From assembly GCA_038248985.1 (NCBI GenBank), contig JBBRWV010000004.1, positions 1 to 60,040 on the forward strand: a DNA stretch of 60,040 nt, given 5' to 3'. The translations under genes and the position numbers were made by a program. Positions 47,936-57,066 of this stretch are shown here, in pieces. The first letter of the stretch is position 1. Every line of letters begins with the position of its first letter. The notes under the pieces were generated by a model. That model worked only from the letters and a program-made list of their open reading frames with translations. It did no database searches and was not told the DNA's origin. This DNA is from Phycisphaerae bacterium (lineage in GTDB: Bacteria; Planctomycetota; Phycisphaerae; WQYP01).

Positions 47936-49405
47936 ATGAATTTGCTATACACACTCGCTGAAGACTCCGTCGCCGGGGTGACCGCGAGTGGAGATGTCAC
48001 CATTCAAAAGATGTTTGAAATCGTCGCGTACATAATCGCGGCGGCGCTGTTTATTTTGGCGCTCAAGTGGTTGTCGGCACCGACGACGGCGCGACGGGGG
48101 AATTTTGCGGGGCAGATCGGGATGGGGCTAGCGATCATCGGGGCGCTGTTGGGGCACGATATCATCAGCTATCAATGGATTATCGTGGGGTTTGTACTGG
48201 GCGCGGCGATCGGGGCGCCGATGGCGATCTGGATGCCAATGACGGCGGTGCCGCAGCGGACGGCATTGTCGCACGCGTTTGGGGCGTTGGCGGCGGCGCT
48301 GGTGGGCACGGCCCACTATTACCTGTTCTTTTACAACAACAAGAGCATCGTGGAGATACCGTCGCATACCGAGATGGGGATTCTGGCGGTGGAGGTGTTG
48401 CTGGGGTCGTTGACGTTCACGGGATCGCTGATGGCGTTTGGCAAGTTGCAGGAGATTCTGCCGACGCGTCCGATGGTTTTCAAAGGGCAGAATATTTTCA
48501 ATTTCGTGATTCTGGGGGCGGCGATCATGACGGGGGTGTTGCTGACGATTTATCCGGAGAAGACCTTTCTTTTCCCGGTGCTGCTAGGGCTGTCGACGTT
48601 GTTTGGGGTGCTGTTGATCATGCCGATCGGCGGGGCGGACATGCCGACGGTGATTGCATTGTTGAATGCGTACGCGGGGTTGTCGGCGAGTTTGATGGGC
48701 TTTGTGCTGAATAACAAGCTGCTGATTATCGCCGGTGCGTTGGATGGTGCATCGGGGTTGATTTTGTCGATCGTGATGTGCAAAGCGATGAACCGGAGTT
48801 TTGCGAACGTGCTGTTTGGGGCGTTTGGTCAGGTGCAGGCGAGTTCGGGGGCGGGGGAAAAGAAGACCGCGCGGGCGGGAACGCCGGAAGAAGCCGCACA
48901 GATAATGGAAGGCGCGCAGTCGGTGATCATCATCCCGGGATATGGGATGGCGGTGGCGCAGGCGCAGCACAAGGTGCGGGAGTTGTTCGACCAGCTAACG
49001 AAGCGCGGGATCGACGTGAAATTTGCGATTCATCCGGTGGCTGGACGGATGCCCGGGCATATGAACGTGTTGCTGGCGGAGGCGGAGATACCGTATGACC
49101 GCCTGGTGGAAATGGATGAGATCAACGGGGAGTTTCCGCAATGCGACGTGGCGCTGGTGATCGGGGCGAACGACGTGGTGAATCCGGCGGCGCGACATGA
49201 TAAGAATTCGCCGATCTTCGAGATGCCGATACTGGATGCGGACAAAGCGAAGATGGTGATGGCGATCAAGCGTTCGATGAATCCGGGGTTTGCGGGGATT
49301 GAGAACGAGTTGTACTTTGCGGATAATTGCATGATGCTGTTTGGCGATGCGAAGGCGGTAGTGGGGAGTCTGGCGAAGGGACTCGCGGAAACAGCAGACG
49401 CCTAA
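47936..49405 (+). CDS. pntB: NAD(P) transhydrogenase subunit beta
   Basis: 489 aa. Multi-TM N-terminus and dIII block IIIPGYGMAVAQAQH..FAIHPVAGRMPGHMNVLLAEA..GANDVVNPAA. Confidence 0.93.
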   Translation: MNLLYTLAEDSVAGVTASGDVTIQKMFEIVAYIIAAALFILALKWLSAPTTARRGNFAGQIGMGLAIIGALLGHDIISYQWIIVGFVLGAAIGAPMAIWMPMTAVPQRTALSHAFGALAAALVGTAHYYLFFYNNKSIVEIPSHTEMGILAVEVLLGSLTFTGSLMAFGKLQEILPTRPMVFKGQNIFNFVILGAAIMTGVLLTIYPEKTFLFPVLLGLSTLFGVLLIMPIGGADMPTVIALLNAYAGLSASLMGFVLNNKLLIIAGALDGASGLILSIVMCKAMNRSFANVLFGAFGQVQASSGAGEKKTARAGTPEEAAQIMEGAQSVIIIPGYGMAVAQAQHKVRELFDQLTKRGIDVKFAIHPVAGRMPGHMNVLLAEAEIPYDRLVEMDEINGEFPQCDVALVIGANDVVNPAARHDKNSPIFEMPILDADKAKMVMAIKRSMNPGFAGIENELYFADNCMMLFGDAKAVVGSLAKGLAETADA

Positions 49406-49419
49406 AGAAGGGACTTCTT

Positions 49420-51057
49420 ATGTTGGACGCGACCCGCCCGACGGTTGAACCGGTAAATAACAAGCCTGTGAACGATGCGCTGGGCGTGTTGATGAGGCCG
49501 ATGTACGTGGATCGGTTGCCGCCGTGCAACCAGGCGTGTCCTGCGGGGGAGAACATTCAGGAGTGGCTGAATTTTGCGCAGTCGGGGCGTTTCGAGGAGG
49601 CGTGGCGGGCGCTGGTGAAGAACAATCCGATGCCGGCGATTCATGGGCGGGTCTGTTATCACCCGTGCGAGAGCAACTGCAATCGGAAAGAGTTGGATTC
49701 GCCGGTGAGCATTCACGCGGTGGAGCGTTACCTGGGGGATTTGGCGATCAGCGAGGGATGGAAGATTAAGCCCGGGAAGCCGACGGGGAAGCGGGTGTTG
49801 ATTGTGGGGTCTGGGCCGTGCGGTCTTTCGGCGGCGTATCAATTGGCGCGGGTGGGGCATCATGTGACGGTGTGGGAGGCGGGGGCGAAGCTGGGCGGGA
49901 TGATGCGTTATGGGATACCGGAGTATCGTCTGCCGCGGGAAGTGCTGGACGCGGAGATTGGGCGGATCACGGAGATGGGGGTGGAGTTTCAGACCGGGGC
50001 GAAGGTGGAAGATTTAGAGCCTATTTTGCGGGGGAAGTCCTTTGATGCGGTGCTGCTGGCGATTGGGGCGCAGCTGGGCAAGCGTGTGGATATTCCCGCA
50101 GCGGATGCGGCGCGGATCGTGGATGCGCTGCAGTTTCTGGCGGATCCGATGGTGAGTGCGCCGATGTGTCTGGGGCGTCGGGTGGCGGTGTATGGGGGCG
50201 GAAACACGGCGATGGACGCAGCGCGGACGGCGTTGCGTCTGGGTGCGGCGGAGTCGCTGATTATCTATCGGCGGGATGCGGCGCGGATGCCGGCGCATCG
50301 GAGCGAACTGGACGATGCAGTGCTGGAGGGGGTGGTGGTGAACTGGCTGCGCACGGTGAAAATGGTCGGGCAAAATGAGATTGAAGTGGAAGTGATGGCG
50401 TTGGATGCCAAGGGGATGCCGCAGCCGACGGGGAAGACGGAGTTGTTGAAGGCGGACACGCTGGTGCTGGCGCTAGGCCAGGAGACGCAGAGTGATTTCC
50501 TGAAGAATATCCCGGGGGTCGTGGTGACGCGGGATGGGGCGATTCAGGTGGATGAGCAATTGATGACGGGACATGCGGGGATTTTTGCCGGCGGCGACAT
50601 GATACCGTTCAACAAGACCGTGACGACCGCGGTGGGGCATGGGAAGAAGGCGGCGTTGAATATTGATGCGTATTTGAAGCAGGCGATTGTCACGCCGAAG
50701 CAGAAGCATTCGGCGGCGGAGTTCAAGTTGCTGCGGATGGATTGGTATTCGAAGTGGCCGCAGACTTCGCAGCCGATGGTGGAGGCGGGAAAGCGTATAC
50801 AGTCCTTTGAGGAGACGCTGGGCGGGCTGGATCAGGTGGCGGCGTTGTACGAAGCGCGGCGGTGTTTTTCGTGCGGGAACTGCTTTGAATGCGACACGTG
50901 TTTCAGCGTATGCCCGGACCAGACCATCGTGAAGCTGGGAGCGGGGAAACGGTACACGATCAATATGAACAATTGCTCGCGCTGCGGTTTGTGCGTGCAG
51001 GAATGTCCGTGCGGGGCGATGGTGATGACGGCGGACACGGCCCAGGTTCCACGGTGA
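49420..51057 (+). CDS. GltD-like NAD(P)H-dependent FeS flavoprotein oxidoreductase with a C-terminal 2x[4Fe-4S] ferredoxin domain
   Basis: N-terminal Cys cluster region CNQACPAGENIQEW..CYHPCESNC. Dinucleotide folds VLIVGSGPCGLSAA and VAVYGGGNTAMDAA. C-terminal CFSCGNCFECDTCFSVCP and CSRCGLCVQECP. ATG at 49420, 15 nt after the pntB stop. Confidence 0.8.
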   Translation: MLDATRPTVEPVNNKPVNDALGVLMRPMYVDRLPPCNQACPAGENIQEWLNFAQSGRFEEAWRALVKNNPMPAIHGRVCYHPCESNCNRKELDSPVSIHAVERYLGDLAISEGWKIKPGKPTGKRVLIVGSGPCGLSAAYQLARVGHHVTVWEAGAKLGGMMRYGIPEYRLPREVLDAEIGRITEMGVEFQTGAKVEDLEPILRGKSFDAVLLAIGAQLGKRVDIPAADAARIVDALQFLADPMVSAPMCLGRRVAVYGGGNTAMDAARTALRLGAAESLIIYRRDAARMPAHRSELDDAVLEGVVVNWLRTVKMVGQNEIEVEVMALDAKGMPQPTGKTELLKADTLVLALGQETQSDFLKNIPGVVVTRDGAIQVDEQLMTGHAGIFAGGDMIPFNKTVTTAVGHGKKAALNIDAYLKQAIVTPKQKHSAAEFKLLRMDWYSKWPQTSQPMVEAGKRIQSFEETLGGLDQVAALYEARRCFSCGNCFECDTCFSVCPDQTIVKLGAGKRYTINMNNCSRCGLCVQECPCGAMVMTADTAQVPR

Positions 51058-51073
51058 TAGAAGGATACTGAGC

Positions 51074-51838
51074 ATGTCGACGCCGGGTAGCTACAGTAAT
51101 GACCGCGCCGCATGGCTGAAGGGGCCGGGGCACCGTTGTTCGGAGGCGCCGGCGAGAGGGAAGCGGGTGTGGCGGCTGGTTTTGCTGGGTCCGCCGGGCG
51201 TGGGGAAGGGAACCCAGGCGCAACTTTTATGCGACGAATTGGGGTCGTGTCATCTTTCGACGGGGGATGTATTTCGGGCCGCACGGTCCATGGAAATGGA
51301 CAAGGCGAGTCCGGCGATGGTTACGGCGATTGAGTGCATGGTGGGTGGGAAGCTGGTGCCGGATTTGACGGTGGTGAATCTGGTCAAGGAACGTGCGAAG
51401 TGTTTGCGATGCGTGGGGGGATTTTTGCTGGATGGTTTTCCGCGCACTGCGGCGCAGGCAGGTTCGCTCGAAGAAATACTTCAGTCCCAAGGCGTGACGC
51501 TGAACGCGGCACTTTACTTTGAATTGCCTCTCGAACAATTGCGGACCCGCCTCTCCGGCCGCCGTACGTGCGGGCGTTGCAAAGCGGTTTATCATGTGGC
51601 CAATCGTGCATCCGCGGTGGCCGGAGTCTGCGACACCTGCGGGGGTGACCTCGTCCAGCGCGAGGATGATCGCGAGGAAGCAATCGAGAAGCGAATGGTC
51701 GCCTACAATCTTACGATGGAACCGCTTCTGACCTTCTACGCCGAGCGAAAACTTCTGATGCGTATCAGCGCCGCAGGCTCGCCGGATCAGGTTTTTACCC
51801 GAGTCAAGGTCGCGTTGGGTTTGCCCATTCACGAATAA
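51074..51838 (+). CDS. adk: adenylate kinase (Zn-lid type)
   Basis: LVLLGPPGVGKGTQ, and a four-Cys lid CGRC..CDTCG. About 32 aa of N-terminal extension if the ATG at 51074 is used; alternative GTG at 51167. Confidence 0.9.
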   Translation: MSTPGSYSNDRAAWLKGPGHRCSEAPARGKRVWRLVLLGPPGVGKGTQAQLLCDELGSCHLSTGDVFRAARSMEMDKASPAMVTAIECMVGGKLVPDLTVVNLVKERAKCLRCVGGFLLDGFPRTAAQAGSLEEILQSQGVTLNAALYFELPLEQLRTRLSGRRTCGRCKAVYHVANRASAVAGVCDTCGGDLVQREDDREEAIEKRMVAYNLTMEPLLTFYAERKLLMRISAAGSPDQVFTRVKVALGLPIHE

Positions 51839-52022
51839 GTCCATTCTGAGGGCTGCAAACCTAGGGGTTAGACCTATTCACACTCGGTTCGAGCATCACG
51901 CCAAATCAAGTGCCATCCTGATACCGATGGCGCTTGCAATAGTCGAAACTACATCCAAACAAGTGTCGGTCTTCGGTTCAATTTGAAAATTGCGCCCGGG
52001 GGCCTAGCTAAAGGAGCCATTC

Positions 52023-53831
52023 ATGACTGCAGTCGATGTTCTTGGTGAATTGAGTATCTGGGAAGAGCGCCACACCGGCCCCGTGCCCCCTGCGGCAGTG
52101 AGCAAGTGGGTATCGGAAATGGTGGAGCTGTGCGAACCCAGCGATATCTACTGGTGTGACGGGACGGAAAAAGAAAAAACGAAGTTTCTGGCCGACGCGG
52201 TGAAGCAGGGCATTCTGATTCCCTTGAATAAGGAAAAACTGCCCAACTGCTATCTCCACCGCAGCAATACCAACGATGTCGCCCGCACCGAACAATGCAC
52301 CTTCATCTGCACCCCCGACGCCGACACTGTCGGCCCCACCAACAACTGGATGGAACCCAAGGCCGCCTACAAAAAAATCGGCGACTTGTTCTGCGGCAGC
52401 ATGAAGGGCCGCACCATGTACGTCGTGCCCTTCGTGATGGGCCCCATCGGCAGCCCGCTCGCCAAGGTCGGCGTGCAACTCACCGATTCACTCTACGTCG
52501 CCATCAACATGGGCATCATGACCCGCATGGGCGACATCGCCTGGTCTCAGCTCGGCACCAATGACTTCACCCGCTGCCTCCACAGCGTGGGCGACTGCAA
52601 CCCCGATCGCCGCTACATCTGCCACTTCCCGCTGGACAACACCATCTGGTCGTTTGGCTCTGGTTACGGCGGCAACGCGCTGCTGGGCAAGAAGTGCCTC
52701 GCGCTGCGTATCGCCAGCTACCTCGGCAAGCTCGAAGGCTGGATGGCCGAGCACATGCTGCTCTCCGGCGTGACCGCACCCGGCGGCGAGAAGACGTATG
52801 TTGCCGCGGCATTCCCGTCGGCCTGCGGCAAGACCAACTTTGCCATGATGATCCCGCCGGTTCAGTATCAGAAGGCCGGCTGGAAGATTTCGACGATCGG
52901 CGACGACATCGCGTGGATGTGGGTCGATGCCAAGTCCGGCAAGCTGCGGGCCATCAATCCGGAGAACGGCTATTTCGGCGTCGTCCCCGGCACCAACTAC
53001 GAGACCAACCCCAACGCCATGGAAACGATGAAGAACGACACGATTTACACGAACGTCGGGCTTCTCCCCGATGGCGATGTATGGTGGGAGGGCAAAACCC
53101 CAACCCCCCCGCCCGCCCTGATTGACTGGACGGGCAAGGAGTGGACCCCGGACTGCGGCCGCAAGGCAGCGCATCCGAACAGCCGGTTCACGGCACCGAT
53201 GGCGAACAATCCCGTGCTGGACGAAGCAGCGAACGACCCCAACGGCGTCGAAATCTCGGCGATCATCTTCGGTGGACGCCGCAGCAAAACGATTCCGCTG
53301 GTGTATCAGGCATTCAACTGGGTTCACGGCGTGTATGTCGGCGCGACGATTGGCTCGGAAACGACCGCGGCGGCCACGGGCGACGTGGGCGTGGTGCGGC
53401 GCGATCCGATGGCGATGCTGCCGTTCCTGGGCTACAACATCCGCGATTACCTCGGGCACTGGTTCAACATGCGTCGCAAGATGACCGATTGCCCCCGCAT
53501 CTTCTGCGTCAACTGGTTCCGCAAAGGCGCCAACGGCAAATTCCTCTGGCCCGGCTTCAGCGAAAACATGCGCGTCCTGGAGTGGATCATCAATCGCGCC
53601 CACGGCCGCGCCTACGCCGTCGAAACTCCCTTGGGCTGGATGCCGCAGTGGAAGGACATCAATTCGGAAGGATTGAATCTCGCCGCCGAAGACTATGCCG
53701 CCCTGCAGACCGTGCCGCACGAAGAGTTCAAGTCGGAGATTCTCGGCCAGGAAGAATTGTTCCTGAAGCTGGCGGGAGATCTGCCGAAGGAGATCATCTT
53801 TACCCGTGAGCTCCTCATCAGTCGCCTGTAA
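52023..53831 (+). CDS. pckG: phosphoenolpyruvate carboxykinase (GTP)
   Basis: 602 aa. FPSACGKTNFAMM, GDDIAWM and NWFRK motifs. AAAGGAG precedes the ATG. Confidence 0.95.
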   Translation: MTAVDVLGELSIWEERHTGPVPPAAVSKWVSEMVELCEPSDIYWCDGTEKEKTKFLADAVKQGILIPLNKEKLPNCYLHRSNTNDVARTEQCTFICTPDADTVGPTNNWMEPKAAYKKIGDLFCGSMKGRTMYVVPFVMGPIGSPLAKVGVQLTDSLYVAINMGIMTRMGDIAWSQLGTNDFTRCLHSVGDCNPDRRYICHFPLDNTIWSFGSGYGGNALLGKKCLALRIASYLGKLEGWMAEHMLLSGVTAPGGEKTYVAAAFPSACGKTNFAMMIPPVQYQKAGWKISTIGDDIAWMWVDAKSGKLRAINPENGYFGVVPGTNYETNPNAMETMKNDTIYTNVGLLPDGDVWWEGKTPTPPPALIDWTGKEWTPDCGRKAAHPNSRFTAPMANNPVLDEAANDPNGVEISAIIFGGRRSKTIPLVYQAFNWVHGVYVGATIGSETTAAATGDVGVVRRDPMAMLPFLGYNIRDYLGHWFNMRRKMTDCPRIFCVNWFRKGANGKFLWPGFSENMRVLEWIINRAHGRAYAVETPLGWMPQWKDINSEGLNLAAEDYAALQTVPHEEFKSEILGQEELFLKLAGDLPKEIIFTRELLISRL

Positions 53832-53868
53832 AACCTCCCGCGGCGGTGATGTTGTTTGAAGAATCAAG

Positions 53869-53910
53869 AGGATCTTTCGTTTGTGTTCGCACCACGAAAG
53901 ATCCTTTTTT
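53869..53910 (+). terminator. rho-independent terminator of pckG
   Basis: Perfect 12-bp stem aggatctttcgt (53869-53880) / acgaaagatcct (53894-53905), 13-nt loop, T6 tail to 53910. Confidence 0.85.
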
Positions 53911-53917
53911 GATTACA

Positions 53918-55423
53918 ATGGATTTGGTTATGATCAAACCAACGAAAACAACGAAAAAATCTGCAAACAGACCAGGCGAAAACGCGGTGGAGACACCGGA
54001 CCATGCGCCGTCATCGAATGCCGCATTCAATCTCTTCGCCGAAGGGGTGCGGGATTACGCCCTGTTCATGCTGGACAGCGAGGGGTACGTGGTGAGCTGG
54101 ACCACCGGCGCCGAAAAGATTGAAGGGTACCGGACGGAAGAAATTATCGGCAAGCACCACGCGATATTTTTTACCCCGGAGGATGTGGCCGCAGGAGTGC
54201 CGGACGAAGCGTTGAAGGGCGCCGAGCTAGAGGGTCGCCACCTGATGGAAGGATGGCGCGTCCGGCGGGATGGCACGCGTTACTGGGGCGAAGTATTGAC
54301 GTCGGCCTTGCGCGAGCCGGATGGGAAACTGCGGGGGTTTGCCAAAGTGGTACGGGACGCCACGCACCGGATGAATCTGCATGCGTCGTTGGAGCGTGCG
54401 GCGCAGGTCAGCGAAGCCCAGGTACGGACGATCCTGGAAGTGGCGGTCGATGCGATCATCACGATCGACCGGCGTGGAACGATCGGGATATTCAATCGGG
54501 CGGCGCAGGAGATGTTTGGGTATAAGCCGGCGGAGGTGGTGGGCAAGAACGTGACCGTGTTGATGCCGCAGCCTTACAAGAGTGAACACGACGGGTATCT
54601 GCATAACTACATGCGGACGGGGAAAAAGAAGATCATCGGGATTGGGCGGGAAGTGGCGGCGATGAAAAAGGACGGGACGATTTTTCCGATAGATCTGGCG
54701 GTGTCGGAAGTGCAGGTGGGGAACGAAGTGACATTTACCGGAATTATCCGCGACATCACGGAGCGGAAACTGCTGGAAAAAGAAATTCTGGAAATCAGCG
54801 AACGGGAGCAGCGGCGGATCGGGCAGGATCTGCACGACGGCCTGTGCCAGCAACTGACGGGCATAGCCTTTCTGATGCAGGCGATGCAGCAGAAGCTGGC
54901 GACGAGCGATGCCGCGGAGGCCGCGCAGGCGGCGCAGATTTCTTCCTTGCTGAAAGAGGCCGTTACGCAGGCGCGCAATCTGTCACACGGGTTGTACCCG
55001 GTGGACCCCCAGCCCGACGGTTTGATGGTGGCGTTGCGGGAGCTGGCGACGAACGTACGCACGATGTTCAATATTGACTGTGTTTTCCGCTGCCCGTCGT
55101 CGGTGATGATCGCGGACAATTCGGCGGCGACGCACCTTTACCGGATAGCGCAAGAGAGCGTGCAAAATGCGATTCGTCATGGCAAAGCGAGCGGCTTGAC
55201 CATCGAGTTGCTCACGACGCGGAATGGAATCCAGTTGTCGGTGTCGGACAACGGAATCGGATTTCCCAATGCGGATCAGCTAAAAACCGGGATGGGCCTG
55301 CGAACGATGAACCATCGCGCCCATGTCGTGGGCGCGACGTTTTCCATGACGCGGCTGCCCAAGGGCGGGAGCCGGATGACGTGTAACATGCCAACCACCG
55401 CAAACAAGGATCTAAGCACATGA
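53918..55423 (+). CDS. PAS-PAS sensor histidine kinase (HisKA_3/NarX-type)
   Basis: Two PAS blocks (GYVVSWTTGAEKIEGY.., GTIGIFNRAAQEMFGY..). H-box RRIGQDLHDGLCQQL; HATPase blocks NAIRHG and DNGIGF. The start lies after the pckG terminator, so the ORF-track start at 53846 is rejected. Confidence 0.88.
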   Translation: MDLVMIKPTKTTKKSANRPGENAVETPDHAPSSNAAFNLFAEGVRDYALFMLDSEGYVVSWTTGAEKIEGYRTEEIIGKHHAIFFTPEDVAAGVPDEALKGAELEGRHLMEGWRVRRDGTRYWGEVLTSALREPDGKLRGFAKVVRDATHRMNLHASLERAAQVSEAQVRTILEVAVDAIITIDRRGTIGIFNRAAQEMFGYKPAEVVGKNVTVLMPQPYKSEHDGYLHNYMRTGKKKIIGIGREVAAMKKDGTIFPIDLAVSEVQVGNEVTFTGIIRDITERKLLEKEILEISEREQRRIGQDLHDGLCQQLTGIAFLMQAMQQKLATSDAAEAAQAAQISSLLKEAVTQARNLSHGLYPVDPQPDGLMVALRELATNVRTMFNIDCVFRCPSSVMIADNSAATHLYRIAQESVQNAIRHGKASGLTIELLTTRNGIQLSVSDNGIGFPNADQLKTGMGLRTMNHRAHVVGATFSMTRLPKGGSRMTCNMPTTANKDLST

Positions 55424-56112
55424 CCATGCCAACAAACTCCGCAGCGGCCACACCCCTGTCATCTGCCAAGCGCCGGATCTTCATTGTCGATGATCATCCG
55501 ATTGTGCGGCAGGGACTCATGCAACTGATCAACCCCGAGGCCGACATGACGATTGTGGGCCAGGGGGAGGATGCGTACCAGGCGTTGAAGCTGATACGGC
55601 AGTTGAAGCCGGACCTTACGCTGCTGGACATTTCGCTCAAGGACACGGGGGGGATCGAACTGCTCAAGGAGATGCGGGCGCAGGATCCGGAACTGCGGGT
55701 GCTGATACTGTCGATGCACGATGAAAGTTTATATGCGGAGCGGGCGCTCCGTGCCGGGGCACGGGGTTATGTGATGAAGCAGGAAGCGCCGCAGGTCTTG
55801 TTGCAGGCGATACGCAAAGTATTGAAGGGGGAAGTGTATGTGAGCGAAAAGATGAGCGCGGTGCTGCTGCAGCGCATGGTGGGGAATCGGAAGCCCGGGG
55901 GCGCGTTGCCGATGGATCGCCTGACGGATCGGGAGATGGAGATATTTCGAATGATCGGCGCGGGGATGACGGTAAAGGAAATCGCCGAGAAGCTGTTTTT
56001 GTCCGCCAAGACGATTGAAGCGCATCGGGAGCACATCAAGGAAAAATTGAGTTTGAAGACCAGCGCCGAGCTGTTGCGGTTTGCGATTCGCAACGCACCC
56101 GACGAGCAGTAA
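55420..56112 (+). CDS. response regulator, NarL/FixJ family (REC + LuxR-type HTH)
   Basis: ATGA overlap with the kinase. IFIVDDHPIV..DLTLLDISL..; HTH LTDREMEIFRMIGAGMTVKEIAEKLFLSAKTIEAHR. Confidence 0.92.
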   Translation: MTMPTNSAAATPLSSAKRRIFIVDDHPIVRQGLMQLINPEADMTIVGQGEDAYQALKLIRQLKPDLTLLDISLKDTGGIELLKEMRAQDPELRVLILSMHDESLYAERALRAGARGYVMKQEAPQVLLQAIRKVLKGEVYVSEKMSAVLLQRMVGNRKPGGALPMDRLTDREMEIFRMIGAGMTVKEIAEKLFLSAKTIEAHREHIKEKLSLKTSAELLRFAIRNAPDEQ

Positions 56113-56114
56113 AC

Positions 56115-56144
56115 GCCTTTTTTGATGTGAAAAAAGGCTATTTT
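56115..56144 (+). terminator. probable intrinsic terminator after the response regulator
   Basis: 9-bp stem gcctttttt / aaaaaaggc with a 6-nt loop, followed by tatttt. Confidence 0.5.
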
Positions 56145-56345
56145 GGAAACGGGACGGGGCAGGGGTAGGTGGGACTACTGACGGGATGGGAGGGAGCGCG
56201 TTCATTCTTAGGACTTTCCCCCATCGTATAGGACCGCAGTTTTCCTAACAGAGTTCTCGCACGCCTCCTGATACCGCCAAATCGCTGAATTCCCGAAAAT
56301 GCAAGGATCGAACGAGCGGACTTTCCCGCGTTGGGAGGATCATCT

Positions 56346-57020
56346 ATGACAACGACTGGTGCACCATTGCCTGAAAACTTGCGCACACCGCGTGCGAACA
56401 TCTTGTGCAGTGCGCCGTTGCTGGCCGTCGGACTGGTGGGGCCGCCGGGAGCGGGCAAGACTTCGCTGGTCGAAGCGACCGCGCGGCAGCTTCGAGGGAA
56501 GGCACGCCTGGGGGTTATCACGGTGAATCCGGCCGCCGAACGCGATGCCGACCGCGTGTCGCGTTATTGCGACCAGGTGGAGGCGCTGTGTGCGGCACGG
56601 GCGGATCTGGACTCCATACTTTCGATTCTTCCGCGGTTCAAACTTGACGAGTTGGATCTCCTGTTTCTGGATGTGATTGCCCCGCTGGATGGCCTTCCGT
56701 TTTTTGGGCAGGATGTGACCGTCGCGGTGCTCTCGGTTTCGTCGGGGGATGACAAGGCACCGCTGTATAAGGACCTGCTGGCCAAGGCCGACGCGTTGAT
56801 CCTCAATAAGGCGGATTTGCAGCGGCACGTGATGTTTGACCGCGGAGTTTTCTGGGCCGACGTCCGGCGGATCAATCCGGAACTCGATCTGATGGAAGTG
56901 TCAACGTACGAGAACAAGGGCCTCGAACGCTGGCTCGCCTGGCTGGATCGACGGCGTCAGGACAAAAATCCCCGGTATCACCCCACCTCCGACGTGCCTC
57001 CGGAATTGTTAAACGGCTAA
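56346..57020 (+). CDS. HypB/UreG-like G3E-family P-loop GTPase lacking the canonical metal-binding residues
   Basis: Walker A GPPGAGKT, Walker-B-like LLFLDVIAP, and NKAD specificity motif. Collinear with HypB, but the CH and ENVGNLVCP positions read ARADLD and LDVIAPLDG. ATG at 56346 with GGGAGGA upstream. Confidence 0.65.
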   Translation: MTTTGAPLPENLRTPRANILCSAPLLAVGLVGPPGAGKTSLVEATARQLRGKARLGVITVNPAAERDADRVSRYCDQVEALCAARADLDSILSILPRFKLDELDLLFLDVIAPLDGLPFFGQDVTVAVLSVSSGDDKAPLYKDLLAKADALILNKADLQRHVMFDRGVFWADVRRINPELDLMEVSTYENKGLERWLAWLDRRRQDKNPRYHPTSDVPPELLNG

Positions 57021-57066
57021 ACAAAAACCAGTCTTTGGGAAACTTCACTTTTAGAAAGATCGTTTT

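Noticed and set aside
51870-51900. ggttcgagc string resembling a tRNA T-loop in the adk / pckG spacer
   Set aside because: The flanking bases do not form a T-stem, and no acceptor or anticodon arms can be drawn. Not a tRNA.
52488-53867. 459-aa - strand ORF
   Set aside because: Antisense to pckG (clear GTP-PEPCK motifs) and runs into the pckG terminator. The same reasoning applies to 46264..47418 (antisense to pntAA), 29277..30425 (antisense to the ATP-grasp gene), 40079..41056 (antisense to glgB) and 12541..13377 (antisense to the FIST gene).
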